Below, in pieces: positions 10,530-20,308 of a stretch of DNA of 37,455 nt (the first letter of the stretch is position 1; every line of letters starts with the position of its first letter). The stretch is from Octopus bimaculoides (Eukaryota): positions 45,699,249-45,736,703 of the forward strand of contig NC_068998.1 of NCBI RefSeq assembly GCF_001194135.2. The letters are read 5' to 3'. The notes beneath the pieces are model-generated. The model was given only the letters and a program-made list of their open reading frames with translations. It searched no databases and was not told the DNA's origin. Made by a program: the position numbers and the translations under genes.

Positions 10530-10870
10530 GTCGATACGAAAGAAGTCAGACGTTGTAAATAAGATCTATGGAAGCCAGATGTAAACCAAGAAGTGAAAAT
10601 AACATCTGGAGAACTCAAACATGGTCAAGGTGTATAATTAAGATCTGGAAAAGTTTAACATTAACCAATGGATGTAAGTAGCATCTGGAGAAGTCAGAAG
10701 CAGACGACAGCCGTTAACATCTGTTGAAGTCAAAATAGCCTACAGCTTTAATTAACATCTGCAGAAGCAAAGAATGATCAATAGATGTAAATAGATCTGA
10801 AAAGGTCAACTATATTCAAGATGTGAGAAAAGACAAAATGGAAGAGATACAAGCAAATCTGGAGAAGACA
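10530..10870. repeat. Highly degenerate tandem repeat with core (A/G)ATCTGGAGAAGTCA
   Basis: ACATCTGGAGAACTCAAA, AGATCTGGAAAAGT, GCATCTGGAGAAGTCAGA, ACATCTGTTGAAGTCAAA, ACATCTGCAGAAGCAAA, AGATCTGAAAAGGTCAA and AAATCTGGAGAAGACAGA recur at irregular spacing. Confidence 0.6.
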
Positions 10871-10898
10871 GACACAGTCAGGAGGTCCGAATATTTTG

Positions 10899-11160
10899 TG
10901 GATTAGTGAAATAAAGCCAAGCGCTGTAGATTACATCCGGATTAAATAAAGCTGAAAGTTGTAAATTATACTGGATTAGATAAAGCCAAGAGCTGTAAAT
11001 TAAATCTTGATTATTAAAATAAAGTCGAGATCTGTATGTTAAAACCGGATTAAATGAAGCCAAGAACCATTGATTAAATCTGGATAAATGGCATAAAGCC
11101 AAGAGCTGTAAATTCCATCTGGATTAGTGAAATAAAACTAAGAATTGTAAATTATATTTA
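10899..11160. repeat. Minisatellite, about 7 copies of a 34-39 bp unit
   Basis: Consensus approximately TGGATTA(GTGA)AATAAAGCCAAGAGCTGTAAATTANATC; units are readable by eye. Confidence 0.85.
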
Positions 11161-11959
11161 TTGAAGTGAAACAAGCTGAAATTAAAAGTAAACACATTAT
11201 TTTGCTTTTCCCACCGCATCGGGAAAAATTATATAAGCCAAACAGCAACATAATTAAAATAATATGGCCGCTAAAACTAACATCCACATTTCAAACCGGA
11301 AGTATACATGATAGAGATATGATGTGAAGCGCTTCCATATTGCAGTAATATCCTTTTAACATTTCCACTTCGTCTTCCATTTTCCTTTTTGTTTTTTGTT
11401 GTTTTTTTTGTCCCCACCCCACATCCTCCAATTTACCGTCTGTTCATCAAATTTTTACTTTTTTATTTTTGTATTTTATAATTTTTTGTTTGTTTTACCC
11501 TTTTTTCATTCTTTTTATTTATTACTTTCTTCTTGGACACTCATTCATTCTGTATTCTTCTTCCTGTAATCTATCGTTTATTTTTCATTCTTGTTGTTAT
11601 TGTTGTTGTTGTTGTTGCTTTTATTGCTTTAATTGTTGTTGCTGTTCTTCACATTGTTCCAGATGCCCTCAAATAAAAGGCAATCCATCTATGACCATCT
11701 CGTCTGTTTTTATGTTAGAATGCACCATTGAATGTGTCTCTCTTCCTTTTTATTATTTTTTTATATATAGATAATGATTGGGAGTAGGGGAGAACAGAGG
11801 AGGTAGAAATGGTGGGAGTGGTGGTGGAGGTGTCGGATGTGTTATGGAAGCGTTGGTAATGGTGTAGGTGGTACGTAGCGCACACACAAACATATATATA
11901 TATATACGTACATGTTATATGTTTGCATTTGTGTATACACGCATACATATGTACACATA

Positions 11960-12028
11960 TATATGTATGCATGTATATGTGTGTGTGTATGTATGTATGT
12001 ATGTATGTATGTATGTATGTATGTATGT
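11960..12028. repeat. (TATG)n microsatellite
   Basis: Visible run. Confidence 0.95.
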
Positions 12029-12051
12029 GGAATCACGTATACACACGCGCA

Positions 12052-12390
12052 CGATAGGTTTTCACAAAAATAACGCAGAAGGGAGCATAACTTTTATTAA
12101 CTAAAATAGGTTGTTCAAATTACATATGTTGGTAGAGTAACGCTTTTTCTAAAGCAACTCTGCTATCTGTTCTTCGTTAGAGAGAAATAATGGGTTCCAA
12201 GCAGAAGCATTGTGCCATCATTGAGTTCTCGATGAACGAGATAAGCAAACTGTCTGATATTCACAGAGGGCTGCAGGTTGTTTATGAAGACGACACCATT
12301 GACAAGAGGAAGGTGCACGAACGAAGTATTTTAAAACGGGGAAAAAACCAGTCTCAATGAAAAACCTCACACTGTGGGAGACGACCAATT
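12052..12390 (+). mobile_element. Mariner-like transposon 5' part; transposase N-terminal HTH pseudogene starting at ATG 12190
   Basis: MGSKQKHCAIIEFSMNEISKLSDIHRGLQVVYEDDTIDKRKVHER, then after frameshifts FKTG.TSLNEKP..GR.P. This fits the mariner pattern AVIKF...EIH..L..VYG......V..W...FK.G..SL.D..RSGRP. The left boundary is a guess. Confidence 0.7.
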
Positions 12391-12398
12391 GCGACCAT

Positions 12399-12555
12399 CG
12401 ATAAATTAAGTATCAGTTACACACTGGAGGTTGATATAATCGACTTAATCCCTTTGTCTGTCCTTGTTTGTCCCCTCTGCGTGTAGCCCCTTGTGGGCAG
12501 TAAAGAAATAAGAAACGTTAGCTCGCTGGACGAAATGCTTAGCGGTATTTCACTA
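12399..12555 (+). mobile_element. SINE B-related 3' half with an alternative tail, followed by the head of another B copy
   Basis: CGATAAATTAAGTATCAGTTACACACTGGAGGTTGATATAATCGACT (B domain), then a novel tail ..GTAGCCCCTTGTGGGCAGTAAAGAAATAAG, then CGTTAGCTCGCTGGACGAAATGCTTAGCGGTATTTC (B head). Confidence 0.75.
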
Positions 12556-12741
12556 CGTTCTTTTCTCTAAATTATATATATANNNNNNNNNNNNNNNNNN
12601 NNNNNNNNNNNNNNNNNNNNNNNNNNNNNNNNNNNNNNNNNNNNNNNNNNNNNNNNNNNNNNNNNNNNNNNNNNNNNNNNNNNNNNNNNNNNNNNNNNNN
12701 NNNNNNNNNNNNNNNNNNNNNNNNNNNNNNNNNNNNNNNNN

Positions 12742-12772
<31 letters not shown>

Positions 12773-12899
12773 AACTTATTAAAGTGGCTAGATACAATTT
12801 AATATATATTCAAATATATACAAATACACAAACATACATGTATATACATAAATATATCCATCGCTCAATCTGTCTATCTAGCTAACTATCTATCTATTT

Positions 12900-12976
12900 A
12901 GTCATACATACATACATGCATACATAAATACATACATAAATACATACATACATACATACATTCATACATACATACA

Positions 12977-13006
<30 letters not shown>
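12900..13006. repeat. (TACA)n microsatellite
   Basis: Visible run. Confidence 0.95.
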
Positions 13007-13008
<2 letters not shown>

Positions 13009-13613
13009 GTCCTACTATATAGACAGTAACAAAGGTATTATGTACATCACAAAACTGCAAACGGGACAAACCATCATTCTGAAAGCCTCCTTTATTGATC
13101 TTCATATTATTCCCTAGCAACGCATATTATTCCCTAGCAGCAAAACAACACAGCTTTGTCTTCCATTTCCTCATAGAATCAAATTTCTCCTATATTCTTC
13201 CCTACAATCCTCCAAGAAGCAATTTGGTCTTTTAAGAATCGATAGACGCTATTTCCAGATTTCTGTGACGATGTTTTAATCCATCTTGGAGAACGTGTGC
13301 GTGTGTTTTGTGTGTGTTGTGTGTGTACTTGTGTATGTGTGTGCCGCAGTAATAGGACCTGAATACCTCTACACGTCATCGAACATCCTTTTTGAAGTCG
13401 TAATAACGTGCGCGCGCAGACACATACACGCACACACACACACTCAGATAAATGCACTCACACGTATAACTATATATATGGGTCTATATACGTATATATN
13501 NNNNNNNNNNNNNNNNNNNNNNNNNNNNNNNNNNNNNNNNNNNNNNNNNNNNNNNNNNNNNNNNNNNNNNNNNNNNNNNNNNNNNNNNNNNNNNNNNNNN
13601 NNNNNNNNNNNNN

Positions 13614-13687
<74 letters not shown>

Positions 13688-13719
13688 TATATATGTATGT
13701 ACGTGTGTGTGTGTGTATA

Positions 13720-13922
13720 CGAGTGTTTGCTGAAAAGTTCCTGTCTTTAAGGGTATCACGAAGAGCCCGGCTGGGGTTCTTTCTATAAGGCTTAGAAAAA
13801 CTGAAGGGTCGCTGCCATTGGTGTGTGAATCTGAGAGGGGAATATGTTGAATAAAATCATTATTAACTGACCCTCCCGTATTTTCTTTTACCCAACGCCA
13901 GGAACGTTTCAGCACCCCTTCG
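13720..13922 (+). mobile_element. Mariner-derived MITE, copy 1
   Basis: TIRs CGAG....GCTGAAAAGTTCCTG / CAGGAACGTTTCAGCACCCCTTCG with TA on the left. The interior encodes GLEKLKGRCHWCVNLRGEYVE*. Homologous to 28904-29121(-). Confidence 0.88.
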
Positions 13923-13984
13923 GATATGTATATGTGTGTGTGTGTGTGTATGTATGTATGTGTGTATATGTATGTATATATATA

Positions 13985-14090
13985 TAATAATATAAATAAT
14001 ATATAAATATATGCATATATACATACATATATGTACATACCTACATTTTTATGCATATATATATACATGCATATATGGGTACAGGATATA
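13985..14090 (-). mobile_element. Short AT-rich dispersed repeat, family F
   Basis: Reverse complement TCCTGTACCCATATATGCATGTATATA..ATGTAGGTATGTACATATATGTATG matches 32841 and 37151. Confidence 0.6.
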
Positions 14091-14300
14091 AAAAAAAAAC
14101 ATCAACAAAATGAGAAACGAGAACATAAAAAACAAAAACAGACAATGAAAGAAGCAAATTCCCTTCATCACTTATCCCCTGTTTTATCTACTCCGCGTTT
14201 CGAAGGTAGGGACAAGACGTGACTTCGTTAAAGCAGTCCTTCCCGCAAAGCAAATTAAATAAAATTTGGGATTTTTTGCGGAGGGTTAAAGTGATATATG

Positions 14301-14343
<43 letters not shown>

Positions 14344-14447
14344 ATACATATAGTCTTATACATGTATATAGGCTCAAATAATAGAACTCATCATCATCAA
14401 CATAGTTGTTGTTGTTGTCTGTTGTTATTGTTGCTGTTGTCAGTAAT

Positions 14448-14670
14448 AAGGCAGCAAACTGGCTGAATCGTTAGCACACCGGGATGATGCTTAGCGGCAT
14501 TTCGTCCGTCTTCACGTTCTGAATTCAAATTCCTCCGAGGTTCACTTTGCCTTTCATCCTTTCGGGGTCGGTAAATTAAGTACCAGTTGAACACTGAGGT
14601 CGATGTAATCGACTATCCCCCTCCCCCAAAGTTTCAGGCCTTGTGCCTATAGTGGAGAGGATTATTATTT
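14448..14670 (+). mobile_element. SINE family B, full length
   Basis: AAGGCAGCAAACTGGCTGAATCGTTAGC (A box), GAATTCAAATTCC (B box), CTTTGCCTTTCATCCTTTCGGGGTCGGTAAATTAAGTACC, then GGCCTTGTGCC..GGATTATTATT tail. Confidence 0.92.
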
Positions 14671-15446
14671 TGTTGTTGTTGTTGTTGTTTTAGTTCTCAG
14701 AGCGCTCGGTCTTGTTTGCTCGGGTTGATTTTTGTGTGAGCGGGTAGCAGCCTGTTTTCAGAGGTTTTACAAGCTTTGGTACTTTGGTACAATTATAAGC
14801 TTTGGTACTTGGTTGTTAATTATCGTGGAAGACATTCAGCACCCAAGTACCAATCTCAAAATCCTAGCTGTCACCAGCAGAGCGACTCTTGGGCTTGCTC
14901 TGCTCTCATATCAATTCTGATTTCTCTAACATATTTCTCGAACTTGGTTGTTAATGCTCCGAGTGCCCCTACAACTACTGGAATGACAGACACTCTCCTC
15001 ATAATCCACATTCTTCCAATTTCATCTTTTAGTAAGTTTGTACTTTTCTATCTTTTCTAATTCTTTGTCACTAATGCGTGCATCCCCAGGTATTGCAATA
15101 CCTATAATATTGGTTTCCTTTTTTTCTTTTATCTACCACAACAATGTCTGGTCTTGGAGTATCGTTTTGGGAATGACATTGGATTGCAAAACACCACGGT
15201 ATCTTATATTCGTTCCTCTCGGTGACTCCTTATGGTTCGTGTTCGTACCACTTCCTTGCTCTGTCCAGGCCGTACTTCTCACATAGCTTCCAGTGAAGAA
15301 ACTTACCCACGTTATCGTGTCTCCTTTTGTAGTGCTTTTGAGTCAGCTTCCTACACTCGATCATAATATATAAGATTGTTTCGTTTTTGCTGCCACACAT
15401 CCTACAAAGGGGCAATTCGCTCCTCTTGCGTATTTGAAATTTAGCG
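14671..15446 (-). mobile_element. 5'-truncated R4/Dong-like non-LTR retrotransposon: CCHC finger, restriction-like endonuclease, 3' UTR and (AAC)n tail
   Basis: Minus translation PLCRMCGSKNETILYIMIEC..YKRRHDNVGKFLHWKLC..WYEHEP*..RPDIVVVDK, frameshift, IIGIAIPGD..KELEKIEKY..VIPVVVGALG..LLLVTARILRLVLGC* (stop at 14836-14838). Shows the CxxC..H/Y..C knuckle, RHD and PD-(D/E)xK motifs. Candidate TSD ATTATTATTTT at 14661-14671 and 15450-15460. Confidence 0.92.
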
Positions 15447-15480
15447 ATTATTATTATTTTTTTAAAGTAATTTTATTATT

Positions 15481-15710
15481 AAGGCGGCGAGCTAGCAAAA
15501 TGGTTAGCACGTCGGGGGAAAAAAACGCTTAGCGGCATTTCGTCCATCTTTATATTATAAGTTCAAATGTTGTTGGGATCGACTTTTGAATTTCATCCTT
15601 CCGGAATCGATAAAATAAATAGCGCTGGAGTCAATGTAATCTATTTACCCACTCTCCTGGAATTGCTGGCCTTGTGCCAAAATTTGAAATTGTTGTTGTT
15701 GTTGTTGTGA
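15481..15710 (+). mobile_element. SINE family B, diverged
   Basis: AAGGCGGCGAGCTAGCAAAATGGTTAGCACG..CTTAGCGGCATTTCGTCC..CGATAAAATAAA..GGCCTTGTGCCAAAATTTGAAA, then (TTG)n. Confidence 0.88.
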
Positions 15711-16039
15711 TTATTGCGGTGGTGGTGGTGGTGATGGTGACGGTGACGGTGATATCAGTAATAACTAATAGCTTTCCATTTCCTGTTACCCCCACCCCCG
15801 TACATCATCTTGAATGATGTCATGTGGTATTTCCTGAATTAATCATTAGTTTTGTTTGTAGGATCGCTGTTGTTGTTGCTGTTCTTGTTCTTATTCTTGT
15901 TGCTGGTGTGTTTTGCTTGTTTCTCCCTTTTCGTTTCATCAGTATAAATTGCTTGTCGGTATGTTTGCTTCCTTTAAAAACAAAGATATCTATTTATCTG
16001 TCTGTTACCTGCATACCTATCTGTCTATCTTGCTAGCTA

Positions 16040-16061
16040 GCCATCTATCTATCTATCTGTA

Positions 16062-16129
<68 letters not shown>

Positions 16130-16292
16130 GTAGTATATTGCCACTTAAGTGTGGCAATATATCTGTCTATACATACATACATGCATAAATATATTTACAT
16201 TTATACACATTCATGCATACATGTATGCATGTATGGATGTATGTATATAAATATATACATACATTTATATACATATATATGTGTATATATAT

Positions 16293-16345
<53 letters not shown>

Positions 16346-16368
16346 CAGACAGATCCCCCTCTCTCTGT

Positions 16369-16405
<37 letters not shown>
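16040..16405. repeat. Compound (CTAT)/(TA)n/(GATA)n microsatellites
   Basis: Visible runs. Confidence 0.93.
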
Positions 16406-16413
<8 letters not shown>

Positions 16414-16414
<1 letters not shown>

Positions 16415-16463
16415 GAGGGGTGTATGAAAAGTTTTGAGCCTTGAAGTCTTGTACCATGTTTTT
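16414..16463. mobile_element. Probable mariner-type terminal inverted repeat, cut by a gap
   Basis: CGAGGGGTGTATGAAAAGTTTTGAGCC resembles the CGAG..G.TGAAAAGTT TIRs at 13720 and 28904. Confidence 0.5.
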
Positions 16464-16542
16464 NNNNNNNNNNNNNNNNNNNNNNNNNNNNNNNNNNNNN
16501 NNNNNNNNNNNNNNNNNNNNNNNNNNNNNNNNNNNNNNNNNN

Positions 16543-16587
<45 letters not shown>

Positions 16588-17394
16588 TACATACACACCT
16601 GCCTATCTGCTTCACATTAGATACTACTACGTTGATACAAATTACTTGACCATATGAAGTGTTTCACGTTGTATACTTTCTGACAACATTCATTCATTCT
16701 AACCAACAATTCTGAATTCCCATTTCCGCTTGACATTCTTACACCCACGTCCTTTGAAGATGTCTGCCTTAAAAGTATTGCCTCTACAACTTTCATTTTC
16801 TTTCAGTTCCAAAATACCAATCTATTTAGTGAGGCATCAATCATTGCTTCCTTTCTCAGAGAAATTGTTTCGCAGAAATCTTGCAAGAAACTATCGTCTG
16901 TCCAACGTATTCATTTAAATCACTGACTGGCATCAAGTCGCCATTTTAGCTTTCTAAATATATGATTTGTGACTTCTTTTCCTTTTTTTATTTCCTAGTT
17001 TCGCTATTCTTTCTCAAAACCGAGAATTTGAAAAAATAGGTATATAGACCCACAAGTATATAATATGCACATATGTATAATATGCATGTCTACACAAATA
17101 CATATGTGTGTGTGTGTGTGTATACATATATAACTCTCTTACGGGTATGACTTTAAACTGCATCCGGTAACGTGGCCCTATTTCGAAAGTTCTGGGATTC
17201 TGAGGGGAGTAAAACCATCTCCTAAATACCATTGATCCCAGGTCTGCCCTGATTCCGAGTAATAGCACCTATCAGTGCTCTCTCTATTGGTTATTTAGCA
17301 TGTTATAGAAGAAGCTCCAAGTACAAACCCTCGCTGCTTTGTGAATACCTTTGGGAAAAGAAAAGGACAAGGAGAGTTCATGTCTACAATAAAT

Positions 17395-17620
17395 GAAGGA
17401 GTGAAGCACTCAGACAGTCAAGTACCCTCTTTGGCACCCTTCTGACAACTCCAGGGTGGGTGGAATTTTCCGGCCGTGTAAAGCATTTAAACTCAGAAGA
17501 AGGCTGCCCCACCGCGAAACCTACAGCTTGCTGGTCACTGCCTGAGGCCGCTGAATCTCTGTAGTCAGATATCCAAGTTTAAAAGATGGGATCAGATTGC
17601 ACAAACTGACTCTGTTTAAA
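17395..17620 (+). pseudogene. Possible decayed RTE-clade LINE C-terminal fragment
   Basis: An open frame contains LQLAGHCLR (17521-17547), similar to the RTE motif RL.LAGHC.R. The flanking sequence is poorly conserved. Confidence 0.3.
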
Positions 17621-17729
17621 ACTACTACACACAAGCTGGAAGTCCTGCACCGTCAATGATCGGTTTACTTTGCCGCTTGAGGGCGTTTTGCTCTTTCTCA
17701 TGTTCTTCGGATGCGAAGAAACTGCTATC

Positions 17730-17890
17730 GTTTCTTGATGATGGTGATGATGACGATGACGACGACGACGACGACGACGATGATGATGATGATGACGGTG
17801 TTTGTAATGTTAGTATTGACAATGATAATTACGATGATGATGATGATGATGATGATGATGGGAACATCAACAAACGGTGATGACCATCAC
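17730..17890. repeat. (GAT/GAC)n triplet array
   Basis: Visible run. Confidence 0.95.
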
Positions 17891-17894
17891 GACT

Positions 17895-17948
17895 GTACGA
17901 CCTTCCTTGTTTTATTAAATCAACGCGGAAACCTCAACGTGGTCGCTC
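17895..17948 (+). mobile_element. Family C 5' fragment
   Basis: GTACGACCTTCCTTGTTTTATTAAATCAACGCGGAAACCTCAACGTGGTCGCTC is nearly identical to 18942-18995. Confidence 0.75.
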
Positions 17949-18629
17949 AGGTTTATATAAAGTAATTATGGGAGAGAATACCTGTCACCTACCTGCTCTC
18001 CTAAATTATGGTACAGAACCTGTTTAATCCTTAATCAGGCGTATTGGTTCACGTGATATCAGGGCTTGCTATACATAGTGGGTCTGTGTAATACATGTCT
18101 AAGGGCCGGCCCTCATCTGTGTTTTGGATGCCTTAATTACGGGCCCATCTTCTGCTGCTGGACCTTTAACTAGGTGCTCTGCCAGGTACTGGGTCAGAGC
18201 GGACCGGGAAGTAGTATTATGTAACGAAGTTTTCAAAAGGGAAAAAAACAATCATTTAAAAATTAAATTATCAACCTTAAATTTAGTATTAGTTTAAAAA
18301 AAAAACAAGAAAAAAAAAGAAAAACAGAAATGTATTGAAAGCTTAATTGCTTTCATTGTTAAATTCAAATGATATGACTTCATTATCGTTTCCACGTGAC
18401 ATAATTTCAATATTTTAATTGACGAAGCTGAGTAAATTACAATTCTAAAATTACCAAAAGTAAAACGTCTTTTACTGGTATGGTAGTGAAAGGTGTAATT
18501 TGTGTCTGAAAGACAAAAACCACTGACGTTGTCTACAAAGTGTGTTCCAGATTGGAGAGACGAAACCTTCATTTTTTTGCTTACACCCTGAGGCATTCAA
18601 TTTGTAAGCCCTTAACCATATTCTTGTTC

Positions 18630-18925
18630 TGGTAGTGGTGGTGAATGGGTTTAGTTGTGGTGGAGGAGGAGGTGGTCGTTGAGATGACGGTGGTGGTGGA
18701 GGTGGTCGTTGAGATGATGACGGTGGCGGATGTGGGCACCGGCTAACAACGACAGAGGTGATGAAGATGATGATGACGATGACTACGACGATGATGATGA
18801 TGATAATGATGATGGCAATGATTATGAGATGACGATGACGATGGTGATTACAATGACGACGACGACGACGACGATGATAATGGCGATGACAATGTTGGTG
18901 ATGATGATGATGACATTAAAAAGGT
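18630..18925. repeat. (GGT)/(GAT/GAC)n triplet array with a 30-bp internal duplication
   Basis: GGAGGTGGTCGTTGAGATGA occurs twice, followed by GAT/GAC runs. Confidence 0.9.
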
Positions 18926-18941
18926 GATGGCAACCACCACC

Positions 18942-19170
18942 GTACGACCTTCCATGTTTTATTAAATCAACGCGGGAACCTCTAAGTGGTCGCCCGACCT
19001 GCTAGATATAACAACCAAATACGCTTGAAATGATGCTATTGTCTTATGAAAAGAATTCATTGGATAATGTAATCTTAGGTTTACTATGTCCGATAATTAA
19101 AAGACAGGTTGGTCACAGATGGAACGCTTCCGATCTGAGGTTTACTCGATCACGTTTCTGTGGCTCTAAC
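18942..19170 (+). mobile_element. Family C, diverged copy
   Basis: ..AACCTCTAAGTGGTCGCCCGACCTGCTAGATATAACAACCAAAT..CATTGGATAATGTAATC..GACAGGTTGGTCACAGATGGAA. Confidence 0.7.
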
Positions 19171-19200
19171 TATAGCTGTTGCCTTTGATCTGCTACAGTT

Positions 19201-19231
<31 letters not shown>

Positions 19232-20308
19232 ATGGTTATCATTACAACAGCAGCAACAACACTAGTAGTAGTAGTAGTAGTAATGGTGGTGGTGGTCGTC
19301 GTCATCGTGATAGTTGTGCTGTTGGTGGTGGTAGTAACAGTAGTAGTGGTGGTTGTGGTGGTGATAATGATGGTAGTGGTGGTAGTAGTATGGTGGTGGT
19401 GGTGGTGGTAGTAATAATAGTAGTAGTGGTGGTAGTGATGGTGGTGGTGGTAGTAGTAATGGTAGTAGTGGTGGTTGTGGTAATGGTGGTAGTGTTGGTG
19501 GTGATAGTAGTTGTATGGTGGTGGTGGTGGTGGTAGTAGTAATAGTAGTAGTGGTGGTTGTGGTGGTGATGATGGTGGTAGTAGTATAGTGGTGGTAGTA
19601 GTAGTGGTGGTGGTGGTGGTGGTAGTAATAGTAGTCGTGGTGGTGATCGTAGTGGTAGTAGTATGGTGGTGGTAGTAGTAGTAGTAATAGTAGTAGTGGT
19701 GGTGATAGTGGTGCTGGTGATAATGGTAGTAGTAGTAGTTGTGGTGGTTGTAATGGTGGTGGTGGTGGTGGTAGTAATAGTAGGTGGTGCATGTGCAGTC
19801 TCATTCATCTTTCAGCCTCATTCAGAAACAACGTGGTTGTTCACGTGATCACGTAAAAGATGCCGACTATCAATGGAGCTGCGTTCCCATGTAGTTGTTC
19901 TTGGTGATGGTGGTGGTGGTGGTGGTGGTGATGACCGAGATGGTGGAGGTAGGGTGTTGTTGTTGTTGTTGTCGGCGGTGGTGGTGCCGGTGGTAGTGTA
20001 TGTAGTAGTGGTATTGGTGATGGTGTTATTGCTCGTGTTGTTCTTGTTCTTGTTGATGGCGGTGGTGGAAGTGATCATGATGATGGTGGTGGCGGCGACG
20101 GAGGTGACAGTGATTGTGTCGTGATGCTGGCGATGGCGGTGATGGTGTAAGTGATGTTACTACTGTTGGTAGTAATGGTGGTGGTGGTGGTGGTGGTGGT
20201 AGTGGTGGAGTAGCGGTGGTATTGCCAATGATGTTGGTGGCGGTGTTAGTGTTATTGTTGTTGTGGTTGTTGTCGACGGTGGTGGCTGTGGTAGTGTAAC
20301 TTATAGCT

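Noticed and set aside
10899-11160. Regularly spaced repeats as a CRISPR array
   Set aside because: Units are contiguous and degenerate with no unique spacers, there are no cas genes, and the context is eukaryotic.
18290-18620. AT-rich block with a CAGGGTGTAAGCAAAAA-like end (minus strand) as a Tc1 element
   Set aside because: No matching second TIR, TA duplication or transposase similarity found.
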